Under the pieces are notes generated by a model, which saw only the letters and a list, made by a program, of their open reading frames with translations, did not search any database and was not told the origin of the DNA. A stretch of DNA of 60,512 nt, filler included. It is 4 parts of 4 records of this genome, joined end to end, with 100 filler letters (N's around TTAATTAATTAA, not from the genome) between each part and the next. Parts side by side here need not be neighbours in the genome. Positions count along the whole stretch, not along the records: positions 55,156 to 60,512 come from SRR20825019_427; 3 more parts are not named here. One strand, 5' to 3'. Position numbers and translations under genes: made by a program. Of the stretch, positions 58,501 through 60,512 are shown piece after piece (within the stretch, counting starts at the first letter, position 1; every line of letters starts with the position of its first letter).

Positions 58501-60129
58501 CCGGGGATGTACTACAGTGTCAATGGCGCGATTAGCGTCATTAAGCTGAATAAGGTTGCCATCGGAGATAGTGACATTTCTACACTGAATGGGATGTTGG
58601 ACTCGCCATTGTTTTCGGGTGAGACTTCGGGCTCCCCCGTTAAACGCCCTCACACGCCTTCGCCTAGCTCGCCTTCGCCTGTCAAACCACAACCTTATCC
58701 CAAACCGGCCCCTATATCGACACAAGTGCAAACATACGGGCCTACAGTTGTCACACCCATGCCCGTAAGGAATAGGAATTTGTCGGGTGAGGACTTCACC
58801 AGCGCAAAGCCTGGGAAAATGCTGAGAATATCTGAGGACTCCGCTTTCAAGGCAAGGTCCCGTGGCGATACCACAAGTATGCCGTCACGCCTGAAGCCGC
58901 CGCTTTTCGAGCACCGCGCCTCTGAGAGCAGGCCCGACAGCACTCCAGAGGAGATGAATTCCGTGGATGCAGACTCGCGAGGACACGATTCCGCAGAGTT
59001 GGGTCGGCAGAAGCGTAATAGGGATCCTTCTGGCACTTCTGGCAAGGAACCGATAGAAGCTCGTGACGATAACAATGGTGCGGAATCAGATGTGGAGCCC
59101 TCGACCGAGAACCCCAGGAAGCGCTTCAGGCGTCGCTTCAAGCGTTCAGATGCATTTGACGATGACGACAGCGGCGATCTTGCAGATCCAACGAAGAAGC
59201 CGCATGAGAGGCCTGTAGCTTACCGCGACCCATCAACGCATCCATTCCAAGAAGTATCCGCCACAAGCCCTGATGAGCCTCTGACGTCGCCTCCACACAA
59301 GCGCCTCGGTAGTTTCTACGGGTTTGGGGATGATTTCGTGAATCCGTACCGGCACGACCCGTCGAATCTTAGGGTACCTGCCACAGTTCCAGAAGGGGAC
59401 TACAGCGATGACGATATGAGCCATGATGACTATGACATGCCGGCGGGGGGAAATCCGGGCGGACTTGACCTAGAATCCAGTATTAGCAGCTTACACTTGG
59501 ATGGACCTTATGAACCCCCTTCATGGATGGGGGTCAGGCCCAGTTCCCCGCCGCCTCTGCATACGGATAGTGATGGTTATGAATACAGTGTGGACGGCGA
59601 GATAGAGGGCATTCTCGGACGGGACGACGAACATCCAAATAGGGAGGACGAAAGAGATACACAAGGATTGTCGGCTATGCGCTCACAATCCAACGGCTCG
59701 GGGGGTGGCGGTAGCTCGGGTGCCATGCACAAAGCCAAGCTTCGTAGGCCCGAGAGTCTAACCCCCCTGGACCATTTTTCGGTGGAGAAGATGAATCCTG
59801 AGTTTAAGCGTCCGAAGTCTACGACGCCGTTGAAGGGACCGTCGCTGCAGAGAACATCATCACTTGATGGCGGGATGGAGCAGGCAGTCGCAAATCATAT
59901 TCCTGACACGGTGTACTATGGTGAGAAGGGTGAGGTGATGGGGACATTGTCGGGGGCCAAGAGAAAATCGGGCCAACTCGACCATGACAGCAATGACAAC
60001 CGCCCTCTTGTCCCTGGGATGCGCAGCGAGCCCGGGCCCGTATTGATCCGGCCAAAGCCCCGCAAGGCCGTTGTGGTTCCGGGGGATGCGGGTGCGACGC
60101 CGCCGAAACATGACACGCCCGACCATTAA
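55507..60129 (+). CDS. eukaryotic 4-exon gene, ~1479-aa secreted protein of unknown function; exons 55507-55977, 56052-56798, 56850-56945, 57004-60129
   Basis: Three GT-AG introns with branch sites join three track ORFs and a 32-codon exon in one frame; signal peptide MWWRVVVLAVVALVGTDA; TATATATA about 80 nt upstream. Confidence 0.82.
55711..55782 (+). repeat. coding tandem repeat NGTLDSSVL(I)G
   Basis: AACGGGACCTTGGATTCCAGCGTGCT twice (33- and 30-nt units) plus a partial third copy. Confidence 0.9.
55978..56051 (+). other. spliceosomal intron 1 (74 nt, phase 0)
   Basis: GAG|GTATGC...ACTGAC...TTTTTGCAG|GCA. Confidence 0.85.
56799..56849 (+). other. spliceosomal intron 2 (51 nt, phase 0)
   Basis: AAG|GTCGGT...GCTAAC...TCTCTTTAG|GAT. 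Confidence 0.8.
56946..57003 (+). other. spliceosomal intron 3 (58 nt, phase 0)
   Basis: AAG|GTAGCC...ACTGAC...CCATCAG|ATC. Confidence 0.8.
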
Positions 60130-60512
60130 ATGCAATTGAGACAATAGAGTTTGGGGTACGTGAACGCATTAGTTCATTTCTCCAACGCTGATACACAGTG
60201 CCGCTACAGACTGACGGCGCGGCATCAACAGCACCCCTGATGTAACGTTGAAGGAGCCGCAACGGACTACCCTGGTGTGAGGCGGCGCTGGGCAATCCCC
60301 CACCATCGTGACATCCCGGCTGGATCTTGTGCCAATCCCTAAAGGGGATGATGGCGTCCTGTGGACCAAACCCCCGGCCAGCTGAAACTGCAGTTCATCA
60401 TTTCATAAGGAAACCACCGGCTCGACACGGCTGGCCGTCGGCCCTCGCTTATCGACTTTCAAGAGGATGTCGCGACCTTCGCGCCGCTTGATAACACCCG
60501 ACTAGTCTGATC

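Noticed and set aside
55231-60129. Three separate prokaryotic or viral genes
   Set aside because: No Shine-Dalgarno sites or viral hallmark motifs; consistent splice signals join them in frame.
60169-60512. Possible minus-strand gene end
   Set aside because: Short frame with an upstream stop and no recognisable motif; cannot be supported.

Overview
The window is not one locus. It is four unrelated contigs joined by 100-nt N linkers carrying TTAATTAATTAA (14446-14545, 36624-36723, 55056-55155). (1) 1-14445 is AT-rich and Bacteroidota-like (T9SS C-terminal domains). It holds a partial REP-associated tyrosine transposase (RAYT), an M43 protease and a run of about 14 unrelated, nearly all minus-strand small genes. 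These genes are separated by imperfect palindromes with AAC...GTT ends, and several gene units have mutually complementary end cores. This looks like an integron-like gene-cassette array with non-canonical attC-like sites and no integrase in view; it is the best candidate for an undescribed system. (2) 14546-36623 is a Bacteroidota housekeeping region (fabI, wecB, radC, GH3, VTC/DUF4956, lpxK, PNP, gatB, two TlpA, lpxH, ffh, partial nhaC). (3) 36724-55055 is a GC-rich alphaproteobacterial region (cobQ, candidate anti-SD sRNA, bfd-bfr with Fur/Irr-like boxes, denD-otnI-otnK, IlvD/Edd dehydratase, argE, trkH, folE, apaG, RTX protein, truncated tRNA-Gly). (4) 55156-60512 is eukaryotic: one four-exon gene with three short GT-AG introns, encoding a ~1479-aa protein with a signal peptide. 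All family calls come from motif recognition by eye; no searches were run.
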